A stretch of DNA of 64,000 bases from Pristiophorus japonicus (GCF_044704955.1 NC_091999.1:23374001-23438000), one strand, 5' to 3'; counted from the first letter of the stretch, positions 1 to 11,353 are shown. The notes: generated by a model from the letters alone, not told the origin. Made by a program: numbers and translations.

Positions 1-179
1 CAGCAAGTGACCAGAAACATAACTTTGTTTCCTGCTGTCCCATAAATCCTGAAATTAATTTGACACTTGTTTTGAACCAGAGTAATGCTGGTGTAGACCT
101 CTAGACCTTCGGGCTATTTGGGTTACACTATTATAACCAGCGGAGATGCGTTTGGATGCAAGGATCTACAGATGGGTGT

Positions 180-2941
180 AAACATAGAAACATAGAAACA
201 TAGAAAATAGGTGCAGGAGTAGGCCATTCGGCCCTTCTAGCCTGCACCGCCATTCAATGAGTTCATGGCTGAACATTCAACCTCAGTACCCCATTTCTGC
301 TTTCTCGCCATACCCCTTGATCCCCCTAGTAGTAAGGACCTCATCTAACTCCTTTTTGAATATATTTAGTGAATTGGCCTCAACAACTTTCTGTGGGTAG
401 AGAATTCCACAGGTTCACCACTCTCTGGGTGAAGAGGTTCCTCCGCATCTCGGTCCTAAATGGCTTACCCCTTATCCTTAGACTGTGACCTCTGGTTCTG
501 GACTTCCCCAACATTGGGAACATTCTTCCTGCATCTAAACTGTCTAACCCCGTCAGAATTTTAAATGTTTCTATGAGGTCCCCTCTCATTCTTCTGAACT
601 CCAGTGAATACAAGCCCAGTTGATCCAATCTTTCTTGATAGGTCAGTCCCGACATCCCGGTAATCAGTCTGGTGACCCTTCGCTGCACTCCCTCAATAGC
701 AAGAATGTCCTTCCTCAGGTTAGGAGACCAAAACTGTACACAATACTCCAGGTGTGGCCTCAACAATGCCCTGTACAACTGTAGCAACACCTCCCTGCCC
801 CTGTACTCAAATCCCCTTGCTATGAAGGCCAACATTCCATTTGCTTTCTTAACCGCCTGCTGAACCTGCATGCCAACCTTCAATGACTGATGTATCATGA
901 CACCCAGGTCTCTTTGCACCTCCCCTTTTCCTAATCTGTCACCATTCAGATAATAGTCTGTCTCTCTGTTTTTACCACCAAAGTGGATAACCTCACATTT
1001 ATCCACATTATACTTCATCTGCCATGCATTTGCCCACTCACCTAACCTATCCAAGTCGCTCTGCAGCCTCACAGCATCCTCCTCGCAGCTCACACTGGCA
1101 CCCAACTGAGTGTCATCCGCAAATTTGGAGATACTACATTTAATCCCCTCATCTAAATCATTAATGTACAGTGTAAACAGCTGGGGCCCCAGCACAGAAC
1201 CTTGAGGTACCCCACTAGTCACTGCCTGCCATTCTGAAAAGTACCCATTTACTCCTACACTTTGCTTCCTGTTTGACAACCAGTTCTCAATCCATGTCAG
1301 TACACTACCCCCAATCCCATGTGCTCTAACTTTGCACATCAATCTCTTGTGTGGGACCTTGTCGAACGCCTTCTGAAAGTCCAAATATACGACATCAACT
1401 GGTTCTCCCTTATCCACTCTACTGGAAACATCCTCAAAAAATTCCAAAAGATTTGTCAAGCATGATTTCCCTTTCACAAATCCATGCTGACTTGGACCTA
1501 TCATGTCACCTCTTTCCAAATGCACTGCTATGACATCCTTAATAATTGATTCCATCATTTTACCCACTACCGATGTCAGGCTGACCGCTCTATAATTCCA
1601 TGTTTTCTCTCTCCCTCCTTTTTTAAAAAGTGGGGTTACATTGGCTACCCTCCACTCCATCGGAACTGATCCAGAGTCAATGGAATGTTGGAAAATGACT
1701 GTCAACGCATCCACTATTTCCAAGGCCACCTCCTTAAGTACTCTGGATGCTGTCCATCAGGTCCTGGGGATTTATCGGCCTTCAATCCCATCAATTTCCC
1801 CAACACAATTTCGCGGCTAATAAGGATTTCCCTCAGTTCCTCCTCCTTAATAGACGCCCCGACCCCTTTTATAACCGGAAGATTGTTCGTGTCCTCCTTC
1901 GTGAATACCGAACCAAAGTACTTGTTCAATTGGTCCGCCATTTCTTTGTTCCCCGTTATGACTTCCCCTGATTCTGACTGCAGGGGACCTACGTTTGTCT
2001 TTACTAACCTTTTTCGCTTTACATATCTATAGAAACTTTTGCAATCCGTCTTAATGTTCCCTGCAAGCTTCTTCTCATATTCCATTTTAACTGCCCCAAT
2101 CAAACCCTTTGTCCTCCTCTGCTGAGTTCTAAATTTCTCCCAGTCCCCAGGTTCGCTGCTATTTCTGGCCAATTTGTATGCCACATCCTTGGCTTTAATA
2201 CTATCCCTGATTTCCCTTGATAGCCACGGTTGAGCCACCTTCCCTTTTTTACTTTTATGCCAGACAGGAATGTACAATTGTTGTAGTTCATCCATGCGAT
2301 CTCTAAATGTCTGCCATTGCCCATCCACAGTCAACCCCTTAAGTATCATTCGCCAATCCATCCCAGCCAATTCACGCCTCATACCTTCAAAGTTAGCCTT
2401 CTTTAACTTCTGGACCATGGTCTCTGAATTATCTGTTTCATTCTCCATCCCAATGCAGAATTCCACCATATTATGGTCACTCTTCCCCAAGGGGCCTCGC
2501 ACAACGAGATTGCTAATTAATCCTCTCTCATTACATAACACCCAGTCGAAGATGGCCTCCCCGCTAGTTGGTTCCTCGACTTATTGGTCTAAAAAACCAT
2601 CTCTTATGCACTCCAGAAAATCCTCCTCCACCGTATTGCTTCCAGTTTGGTTAGCCCAATCTATGTGCATATTAAAGTCACCCATTATAACTGCTGCACC
2701 TTTATTGCACGCACCCCTAATTTCCTGTTTGATGCCCTCCCCAACATCACTACTACTGTTTGGAGGTCTGTACACAACTCCCACTAACGTTTTTTGCCCT
2801 TTGGTGTTCTGCAGCTCTACCCATATAGATTCCACATCATCCAAGCTAATGTCCTTCCTAACTATTGCCTTAATCTCCTCCTTAACCAGCAATGCTACCC
2901 CACCTCCTTTTCCTTTTATTCTATCCTTCCTGAATGTTGAA
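180..2941 (-). mobile_element. Young CR1-clade LINE, 5'-truncated (partial APE endonuclease + RT), in the intron upstream of IgM CH3
   Basis: ORFs 380-1729, 1714-2541 and 2581-2892 give CR1 ORF2 (VYRPP, GDFN, GVPQGSVLGP, FADDT) broken by a few frameshifts/stops; 3' end is (TTTCTATG)n, read as catagaaa repeats on +. Confidence 0.95.
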
Positions 2942-3252
2942 GCAGCAAGGAATTTCAGGATGAGCGCTCTTCAGTGCCTAACACAATAGCACCACAATGT
3001 ATTCCCGTTTTACGCCGGTTATTTGCTTCACAGCCCATTACAGGTGGCTCTGGCTTCAAATACACAGGAAATGTTACAGATCTCCCGGAATCGTTGCCAA
3101 TACATTGTCCTTCCAATAACGCCGGTGTTAAAGCAGCAGCGTGAGGTTGATATCTCAAAAGTGATTTATCCCCCTTGAACGAGTTAAGGCTAAAAATTGG
3201 TGTCCGGATTCTGAAGATGCAGCTTTTCCTGACTTTCATTCCTGTTTTGCAG

Positions 3253-3560
3253 TGGATGTCCCATGCAGCGATTCAAAAATCACTCTTCGCCCACAGTCAC
3301 TGGCACAGGACTTACTGGAGCGACGGTGACCTTAAACTGCGTCGTGTCTGATGCTCCTTATGGGCTCACCGTGTCCTGGACCTGAGAAAAGGAGGCTTTG
3401 AAATCAGAGATTGCCGTCTAACACGGAGAGGATCCCAGCAGCGTAATCAGCAACTTAAACATCTCGACACAAGACTGGCTGAGTGGGGATAAGTTCTACT
3501 GGATGGTGAGCCATTAGGATATACCGACTCCTATCAGAGATTCCATCCACAAGGAAAAGG
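3253..3560 (+). pseudogene. IGHM: Shark IgM heavy-chain CH3 exon, pseudogenised
   Basis: Acceptor ttttgcag at 3245-3252. Translation VDVPCSDSKITLRPQSLAQDLLE[fs][76 protein letters not shown] matches shark Cmu3. One frameshift, three stops, second Cys>Trp, donor GT>GA. Confidence 0.93.
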
Positions 3561-4464
3561 GATAGCGCGGAGATTGTTGCAATAAGTCAGATACTGTGAC
3601 TATTTGTGCTGCATGTGCAAGGGCCAATTCATTATTTAAAGTGTTTAATGGGCTACTCTGATCATTCAGTTTGGTAATTCCACGAACTCAGCACTCTGGG
3701 ACCTGATGTTATGTATTTTAGGGGAAACTGGATAAGTCCATGAGCGAGAAAGGAATAGAAGGGTATGTTATTAGGATGAGATTAAGTGAGCTAGGAAGAG
3801 GCATGTGTGGAACATACACACCAGCATAGACCAGTTGGCCAAATCTCCTTGATCTGTGCAGTAAATTCAACTCCAACCCTTCAAGATTTCAGAGAGAAAG
3901 ATTATGTTCACTCTGCTGCGGGATGGTAAACCAGAGAGGCCCCAGAGGGGAAATAATAAAGCGTTAAATGTCAACGAAGAGCATATTTCTCTGACGTACA
4001 ACCACGGGACATTGGCGAATGTAAACAGAGAAAGCGAGTTGGTGGTGGTCTCAAAGGCCACCCGGGAGCAGAGGAGGATTGGAATCCGAGTGAGGAGCTC
4101 TCGGATCGCGGGGGGTGGGTTAGGCAGGGAACCTGGATCCAGGAGGGAGGTGTAAGGGCAATAACCACCTGGGTGCAGCCGTCCCCGCATCGCTGTAACT
4201 GCTGCGATTTACACAGTGTGTCAAGCCGGACCAGCTACAGTTAAAAACCGAATGGAGGTTAAAATAGAGGATTCCAGCCTCCTATAAATATATTATTCAA
4301 ATACAATATTACAACCAGGAGTGGTCGGGTTGATGTCGGGATGCCGATTTTTACCAATTTAATCACCCCCACACCCTCAATACGCCTGCTTTATTAGATT
4401 AAAACTCCCACCATTGTATCTGGAACTGTCCAGTTCATTTGCCTTTATTGTAACTGTTGTACAG

Positions 4465-4855
4465 CGAAAGATCCACGGGAACCAGCCGTGTCTGTCCTGC
4501 TGCCCTCGGCAGAAGAAGTCTCTACTCAGAGGTTGGTCAGCCTCACCTGCTTAGTGAGAGGATTCTCCACCCGAGAGATCTTCGTCAAATGGACCGTCAA
4601 GGACAAGCCGGTGGTTCCGACAACTACCAGAACACCGAGGTGATGGCGGAGAATGGCAGCAGCTCCTTCTTCATGTACAGCCTGCTATCCATTGCAGCCG
4701 AGGAGTGGGCCCGCGGCGCCTCTTACTCCTGTGTGGTGGGACATGAAGCGATTTCCTTGAAAATCACCAACAGAACCATCAATAAATTCAGAGGTAAACC
4801 CTGTTTTGTGAACATTTCCCTTGCTCTGATGGACAACATCAATTCTTATCAATGA
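4465..4855 (+). pseudogene. IGHM: Shark IgM CH4 exon plus secretory tailpiece, frameshifted
   Basis: Acceptor ag at 4463-4464. [49 protein letters not shown][1-bp loss ~4613][79 protein letters not shown]. Internal donor gag|gtaaac at 4794 serves the membrane form. Confidence 0.95.
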
Positions 4856-4893
4856 GAATCTCTCGATTGCCTTTCAGTTCTTAAGTAAAAAAC

Positions 4894-4899
4894 AATAAA
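4894..4899 (+). promoter_or_regulatory. Polyadenylation signal of secretory IgM transcript
   Basis: AATAAA 38 nt after the tailpiece stop codon. Confidence 0.7.
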
Positions 4900-5289
4900 G
4901 GCCTTTTCTTCCAATCGTGAGTTACACACACAGCCGCTCAATTAATTTTGTTTCCTATTTTAGCCAAGGGGCGGGCTGTTAATCTGAAGCAGAATATTTG
5001 TCGGACTTGTGGCCAAAGCTGGTACATTCAGCGCTCTCAGCTCATATACACCACAGGTTTGAGAGAAAGAGAAGCTCTTTAATGACAGGATACCTCAAAG
5101 TCATTTCAGCAACTTTCGTCCCACTGGGAGAATCTGCATAGTTCTATTTCCCGATAAACAAATGCTGTACATTTATATTTCGGTGCCCTTGTTTCTCGTG
5201 TTGTCCATCCCTTCAGATTTGGGGACAATTTTTTTTGGCAGCATCGCACACTCTGGGATCTGAAATGAGGTCCACACACGAACACGAAC

Positions 5290-6250
5290 TGAATCTCCCA
5301 TCGCCCCACCAGAGAGAGGTGAAATGGAAATTGTTATCCCCCTGTACCTTCCACTACACCACCAGAGAGAGATGAAAGGGCAATTATTCATCCACTGTAA
5401 GACCATTGCCATACAAAAGAGTGGTGAAATGGCAATTCTGAACCCACTGTGCTTCCCACTGCCCCACCAGAGTGAGGGGAAACGGCAATTGTTAATGCAC
5501 TGTAACTTCACTCCGTCTCTGCAAGATTCTACAAGTTCCCTGGCAGGACAGACGCGCCAAAATTAGCGTCCTCGTGCAGGCCAACATCCCAGCATCGAAG
5601 CACTGACCACACTTGATCAGCTGCTCTGGGCAGGCCACATTGTCTGCATGCCAGACACGAGACTCCCAAAGCAAGCGCTCGACTCGGAACTCGCCCATGG
5701 CAAATGAGCCAAAGGTGGGCAGGGGAAACGTTATAAGGGACCACAAAGCCTCCCTGATAAAGTGCGACATCCCCACTGACACTTGAGAGTCCCTGGTCAA
5801 AGACCGTCCTAAATGGAGGAAGGGAGGAAGTAGATCCGGGAGGGCGCTGAGCCCCTCGTGTCTCGTCGCCGAGAGCATTCAGACATCAAGCGCAGGCAGT
5901 GGAAGGAACGTGCGGCAAACGTGTAAAATCTTCCCCTTCCCGCAACCACGGTCTTTCCCACCTGTGACAGAGACTGTGGTTCCCTATTGGACTGTACAGC
6001 CACGTAAGAAATCAGGCTAAGAGTGGAAGCAATTCTTCCTTGATTGCGAGGGACTGCCTTTGATGATGTAAACCCTCTCCCCCACCAGAGAGAGGGGAAA
6101 GGGCAATTGTTAACTAACTGTCCCGCCCACTACCCCAGCATAGTGAGGGGAATCTGCAATTGTTAACCCAATGTATCCGACTTCCGCACAAGCGAGAGGG
6201 CAAAGGGCAATTGTTAAATCATTGTACCCCTCAATGTCACCAGAGAGAGA
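5290..6250. repeat. ~53-bp degenerate minisatellite, split by an RTE fragment
   Basis: Units like ccccaccagagagaggggaaagggcaattgttaa at ~5305, 5358, 5410, 5463, and again at 6080-6250. Confidence 0.75.
5515..6068 (+). mobile_element. RTE-clade LINE 3' fragment
   Basis: Degenerate RT C-terminal motifs (LRWAGHIV-like, CPTC-like zinc knuckle) and tail gagggactgcctttgatgatg; homologous to 36100-36645. Confidence 0.85.
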
Positions 6251-6369
6251 TGCCCATCGATTCATTTGTTGCATTCCGTCAGCTGATGTCACATTGTGTC
6301 TCACAATGAACACATTTACACAGAGCGAGGAAGAATGCGTGGAAACGTTAGTAGTGTATGTTTTTGTGG

Positions 6370-7000
6370 AAGTTCACACTTACACATAAACACAACACGG
6401 ATTTACACATAAACGCACAGCGACTTACACATAAACACACACATTGACACACTGACACAAGATATTACGCATACCCAGAATATAATACACACCGTCATTT
6501 TCAGAACCACAGCACCATTAATATGACAGCAAAAATAAACACACCGTTAAATAAAACAGAAGCACTAACACACACACACACACACACAAACACACACACT
6601 TTCACTTGCATAAACACATATTCAACACAAATTAACTAACGCATAACACACACACATTTACATGCGAACACACACAGTTACACATAAATGCACACATTGT
6701 TACCCATAAACATACACAACACGTACACATAACCATACACAAACACATTAAAACACGCACATGAACGTACTTACAAAGAATAGACATATTTAAACATAAC
6801 CACAAACAATTGCATATATACACGTAAAGGCTTACATGTAAACATACACAATCTTACAAAAATACACAAACACTTACACATAAATATAAATATATGGAAT
6901 GACACATTAAAAAAATTCAAACTTACATATCAACATACATCAACACACAAACACAGACAACATCAAAAGAAGAGATCGTCATACACACAAACACAAACAC
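6370..7000. repeat. CA/ACA-rich low-complexity tract
   Basis: Degenerate (CA)n and acacataaac runs. Confidence 0.85.
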
Positions 7001-7641
7001 TAAAGTGCAAAAAATACGTCAGGTAACAGACGAATATAGAATTAAAATAAATTCTTTGAACAGACAGTCTGCAACGATTGTATTAAATAAATCATTTCTG
7101 ATACCATAATATCTAACATTCCTATATTCTGGTCCTGAACGCAAACTGAATCAAAGTTCTTAGTTGGAAACTCATGCAAATTAATTATGTTCAGAACCTT
7201 GACTACCACAAATTAATCCAGATTATAACTCACATCTGATGTCTTACCCTGTCCCTTTGACAGTCTCCGAATAATTAGCTATCTGAAGCTATTGTTAAAT
7301 TAATCGATATCATTCAGTATAGTTCCCCCGATATTACATCATACTATTCCCGAATGGTAAATCCTATGAAATTGATGCAAAATCAATTAGCCTGTGACAT
7401 TGAAGGAAAACTGTCATATTTTCCAAAACCGACTATAGAAGAATCATAAAGAAAGAACGACTGTGGAATTAGAAACACAGATAGATTACTGAGCGTGATT
7501 AACTTAACACAGGACATACATTGAACATTAAAATAGAGAATAATCTAACACCTTAAAAAAAGAAAATAGAATACGTAATAATAAGATGAGATCTTGGGTT
7601 AACAAACGATCTGAATATATTTCCTCCCCTACATCCCGTAG

Positions 7642-7769
7642 ATTCCTCAGACCACATCTGGAGTGAAGAGTATGAGGACGAGAGCAGCAACTTCTGGTCA
7701 ACCGCTTCCACATTCATCGTCTTGATCTTCCTGAACATTTCCTACAACGCTGCCATCACTCCGGTGAAG
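7642..7769 (+). pseudogene. IGHM: IgM transmembrane exon TM1
   Basis: Acceptor cccgtag and donor gtgaga intact. DSSDHIWSEEYEDESSNFWSTASTFIVLIFLNISYNAAITPVK matches shark mu TM (acidic spacer, TASTF CART-type segment). Confidence 0.92.
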
Positions 7770-7907
7770 GTGAGAAGATTCAATGCACTCAGTTCGAGTT
7801 GATTGAAGAGGTTTGACAAATCTCTAAATGTTTCATTGATAACAACCCTGAAATTAATGCCCCAAACCACTAAAACGCTGCTTCAAACTTTTATCCCTCT
7901 TTTACAG

Positions 7908-7916
7908 GTCAAGTGA
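7908..7916 (+). pseudogene. IGHM: IgM TM2 exon (VK-stop)
   Basis: ttttacag|GTC AAG TGA completes the KVK cytoplasmic tail; AATAAA at 7975-7980 and 8329-8334. Confidence 0.88.
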
Positions 7917-8501
7917 TTGACTGAATTTCGGCCGCCGGGGATTTTTCTCCTCTGGTTGTTAACTGTGTCTTGAAAATAAATTATGTCCTCTTGGTGATTC
8001 CCGGAGTAAATTGCCTTCAATTTTTTCATTTCTCTGTTTGAAATGTGTGAGATAACCGTGGCTATAATGTAAATGTATCTCGGAGTCAAACAATTGTTTG
8101 AATATCTCATGTGTACATAAGTCACTTTTATCATTCATGATTCACAATTATTCACTTCCCTTGGTGTTGAACATCTGTTTCTCTCTCCCTGATGTCTGTT
8201 AGAGTTGTACAAATAGCTGGCAGCTCAGACCGACTGTGTTCTGGTATTAATGTGACGCTCATTTGTTATATTCAATTTGTGTGAACATTTGAAAACCTTC
8301 TCTGTAAATTGTTCTCTGTGAAATTGTTAATAAAACTGCAATGGCAAATGGAATAATTTGGACTTTGCTGAACTCTTTACTCCAAGGCTCCTTCACACTG
8401 TTCTATTTCCCTATCACACGTTGTTTTATTTCCATGAAATTTATTCTTCCCGCGTCCTATCCTGATGTTTTTGAATCCAAGTCCCTTCGGTTAAGGAGCC
8501 A

Positions 8502-8519
8502 CTGCGCCACCTAGTGTCC
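8502..8519 (-). promoter_or_regulatory. CTCF-binding-site-like motif 3' of the IgM cluster
   Basis: Minus strand GGACACTAGGTGGCGCAG, close to the CTCF core CCAC/GYAGR(G/T)GGCGC. Confidence 0.45.
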
Positions 8520-8679
8520 CATCAGAGTGACGGCACATTTTCCCCTGCCTTGTAACATCATGCACCAGAGGCGGAATGACTGCACAGTGACCAGGCGGTC
8601 TCCTCTAATATTATGGCCTTTCACGTGCCAGGTTATATTAAAGAGCAGGCCTCTGATGCACCATAGTCCGATACAGTAT

Positions 8680-9005
8680 AGTATGTGTCAGAGCAAATCT
8701 CCCTCTACACTGTCCTAACAAACACTCTCAGGGCAGGTACAACACAGGTTAGATAAAGAGTAAGGCTCCCTCTGCACTGTCCCATCAAAAACTCCCAGGG
8801 CAGGTGCAGAACGGGTTAGATACAGAGAACAGCTCCATCTACACTTGCACACCACACCCTCCCAGGGCAGGTACAGCACGGGTTAAATATAGAATAAATC
8901 TCCCTCTACACCGTCCCATCAAACACACCCAGGTCAGGAGCAGCACTGGTTAAATACAGATTAAAGCTCACTCTATACTGTCCCATCAAACACTTCCAGA
9001 CACAC
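8680..9005. repeat. 67-bp satellite, ~5 copies
   Basis: Unit acagagtaaagctccctctacactgtcccatcaaacactcccagggcaggtacagcacgggttagat. Confidence 0.9.
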
Positions 9006-9429
9006 TAGAGAGCACAAACTCTTGGAATGATTCCCAAAAACTGGGGCCGAACTGACACACAGACACGCGCTCCAATGTTTCTGTTATACACATATAGAAA
9101 GCCAAGAAAGAGACGACAGGTGGAGAGATTTTCTTTGACAGAGAGGAGATGAGAGTTCACGCGGCATCTGCAGGTACATTTGGAGCTTTGTGCCCGTTGG
9201 GCACCTACATACAAAATGTGTGATGCACGGGCAATATCAATTTCTGATGTAAAATCATTGTCGTTTTGTTCTACCCAAATATATGATTGACATCCTCCTC
9301 TCTGGGAGGGCATTCGTAGAATGTAAGTTTCGTTTACGATTCAACTCTTTAAAGGTCACCTGAATGCATATGGTCCATACGGACAGAAATGCGTAGGGTT
9401 ATCACTGCCAACCGTTCTCCATTATGAGG

Positions 9430-10240
9430 AACATACATAAAAACATAAGAATATAAGAAATTGGAACAGGAGTAGGCCATACTGCACCTCGAGCCTGCTC
9501 TGCCATTCATGGCGGTTATGATAATGGACTGAGCTCCACTTTCCTGCCTGCTCCCCATAGCCCCTTATCGTTTAAAACACTGTCTATTTCTATCTTAAGG
9601 TTATTCAATGTCCCAGCTTCCACGGCTCTCTGAGGCAGCGAAGTCCAGACATTTACAACGTTCTTAGAGAGGAAATTTCTCCTCATCTCTGTTTTAATTG
9701 GGCGGCCCCATATTTTAAGATCATGCCCTCCAGTTCTAATCTCCCCCATCAGTGCAAACATCCTCTCTGGATCCACCTTGTCAAGCCCCCTCATAATCTG
9801 ATACATTTCGATAAGATCACTTCTCATTCTTCTGAATTCCAATGAGTCGAGGCCCAAACTACTCAACCTTTCCTCATAAGTCAACCCCCTCATCTCCGGA
9901 ATCATCCGAGTGAACCTTCTCTGAACTGCCTCCAAAGCAAGTATATCCTTTCATAAATATGTAAACCAAAACCGCACACAGTTCCAGGTGTGGCCTCCCC
10001 AATATCCTTTATAACTGTAGCAAGACTTCCCTGCTTTTATACTCCATTCTCTTCACAATAATGGCCAAGATGCCAATGGCCTTCCTGATCATTCGCTGTA
10101 CCTGCATATCATCCTTTTCTGCTTCATGCACAAGTACCCTCAGGTGCCGCTGAACTGCGGCACTTTGCAATCTTTTTCCATTTAAATAATAACTGTCTCT
10201 TTGATTTTTTTCTGCCAAAGTGCATGATCTCACGTTAAAC
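9430..10240 (-). mobile_element. CR1 LINE 3' fragment
   Basis: ORFs 9516-9935 and 10009-10242 are RT C-terminal; cataagaa-type tail. Confidence 0.9.
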
Positions 10241-10279
10241 ACGACCCGCTGTCACCTCTTCCCTGGACTGCCTTTCTGT

Positions 10280-10485
10280 CTGCTCTGCACTATTCCCTCT
10301 GATACCATCTCGCTTAACTCACTGAACATCACCCACAGATTTGTTCTCACTGCTCTGCTCCATTCCTTCTGATACCATCTCCCTGAACTCACTGAACATC
10401 ACCCTGAGGATTCTGTCTTCCTGCTCTGCGCCATTCCTTCTGATACTATCAACGTGAAATCAGTGAACAACTCCTACGGATACGG
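10280..10485. repeat. ~70-bp tandem repeat x3
   Basis: ctgctctgc(n)ccattccttctgataccatc...actgaacatcacc repeated three times. Confidence 0.8.
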
Positions 10486-11005
10486 CAGTCACCTTCGAAG
10501 AAACAGCCAATCACTGTGCTATGATGTATGCGAGGGATTATGGCGTCATCCACGGAATCCAGGTACGCAACTCAGTTGAAGTTAGTACCAGGGACAAACA
10601 TATTTCCTGATGTTTGATTTCTGATTTAAGCAAATTGGAAAAGGAGCCTGAGGTGAAAAGGGCCGAATTTATTGATGCAGGTTTGATCAGGAATATACTA
10701 CGTGAAAGAGTGGGGAAAAGAATTAATATTAACTTTAAGAAGGGAATTAGTTAAATATCTAAAAGGAGAAAATTGCAGGGCTTTAGGAAAAGAGTGGGAC
10801 TAATACGATAGCTCTTTCAAAGTGCCAGCACAGGCTTAATATTCTGATTCTAGATTCGAGGCGATGCCAGCGAATGTTGTCATTCTGTTCTCACAATTAA
10901 CTTTAGCTGCAACCAGTTGGCTTCTGCTTCGTGCATGTCGCTAAGATACTCAACCTGCCCAATTGATTGGCTCTGCAGGACATTGCCACGAGTATCAAGA
11001 AATCA

Positions 11006-11077
11006 GTTTATTGTGAGCCCTTCATACAGGATACTGTCCTTTGGGTCCATCTCAGTGTGTGTCGGCTCACAGGAACC
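11006..11077 (-). pseudogene. Degenerate D-segment-like cassette flanked by RSS remnants
   Basis: Minus strand: nonamer GGTTCCTGT, 11-bp spacer, heptamer CACTGAG, 7-12 nt core (ATGGACC...), poor heptamer, then nonamer ACAATAAAC at 22-23-bp-type distance. Confidence 0.5.
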
Positions 11078-11147
11078 AATGTGGCAGAATCTGCCCGCCG
11101 TTATATACGACTTCAGCAGTCGGAGCCAAGATCTACAAAGTGGCGGG

Positions 11148-11186
11148 AGGTTCTGTATGAGGGTTGAACTGAGTTCCATCACTGTG
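11148..11186 (-). other. 23-bp-spacer recombination signal sequence (RSS) of the V segment
   Basis: Minus strand CACAGTG (11186-11180) + exactly 23 nt + ACAGAACCT (11156-11148). Confidence 0.88.
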
Positions 11187-11353
11187 AGTGCCAGGGCACG
11201 TTAATAAACTGCAGGTCCAGTCATCTGCAGCCCAGAGATGGTTAAACCGGTAAACTTAGTCACAATTTAGAGATCTGCAGTGAAACGTCTCTGGCAAAAT
11301 ATATTACCTTCATAATAGCCGATGTATTTCACCAGAATAATCTCGATCGCAGG
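11187..11353 (-). pseudogene. T-cell receptor alpha/delta-type V segment, 5'-truncated pseudogene (end of FR2 to FR3)
   Basis: PAIEIILVKYIGYYEGN..FAR(D)RFTADL*IVTKFTGLTISGLQMTGPAVY*RALA resembles shark TCR Valpha/delta FR3 (RFSAELQ..KFTSLTISGL.LTDSAVYYCAL). YYC has become Y*R; the segment abuts a 23-RSS; leader, FR1 and CDR1 not found. Confidence 0.82.

Noticed and set aside
1-36. QQVTRNITLFP as the end of the first cluster's CH2 exon
   Set aside because: Only RNIT matches and there is no donor site; the stretch looks at least as much like the intron following the CH2 at 58.3 kb, so CH2 probably lies just upstream of the window.
4457-4612. N-terminal part of ORF 4457-4855 as real protein
   Set aside because: It is the wrong frame of CH4 upstream of the frameshift.
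7174-7181. Octamer ATGCAAAT in the IgM CH4-TM intron as an enhancer
   Set aside because: A single 8-mer; others occur at ~28156 and ~37511, and several are expected by chance in AT-rich 64 kb.
10505-10610. CACTGTG heptamer at ~10512 and an FVPGTNF J-like word on the minus strand
   Set aside because: No nonamer at 12 or 23 bp from the heptamer, no RSS upstream of the J-like word, and the FGxG motif is broken.
10917-11204. Plus-strand ORFs 10917-11204 and 10967-11167
   Set aside because: Antisense shadows of the V/RSS/D region; no recognisable protein.
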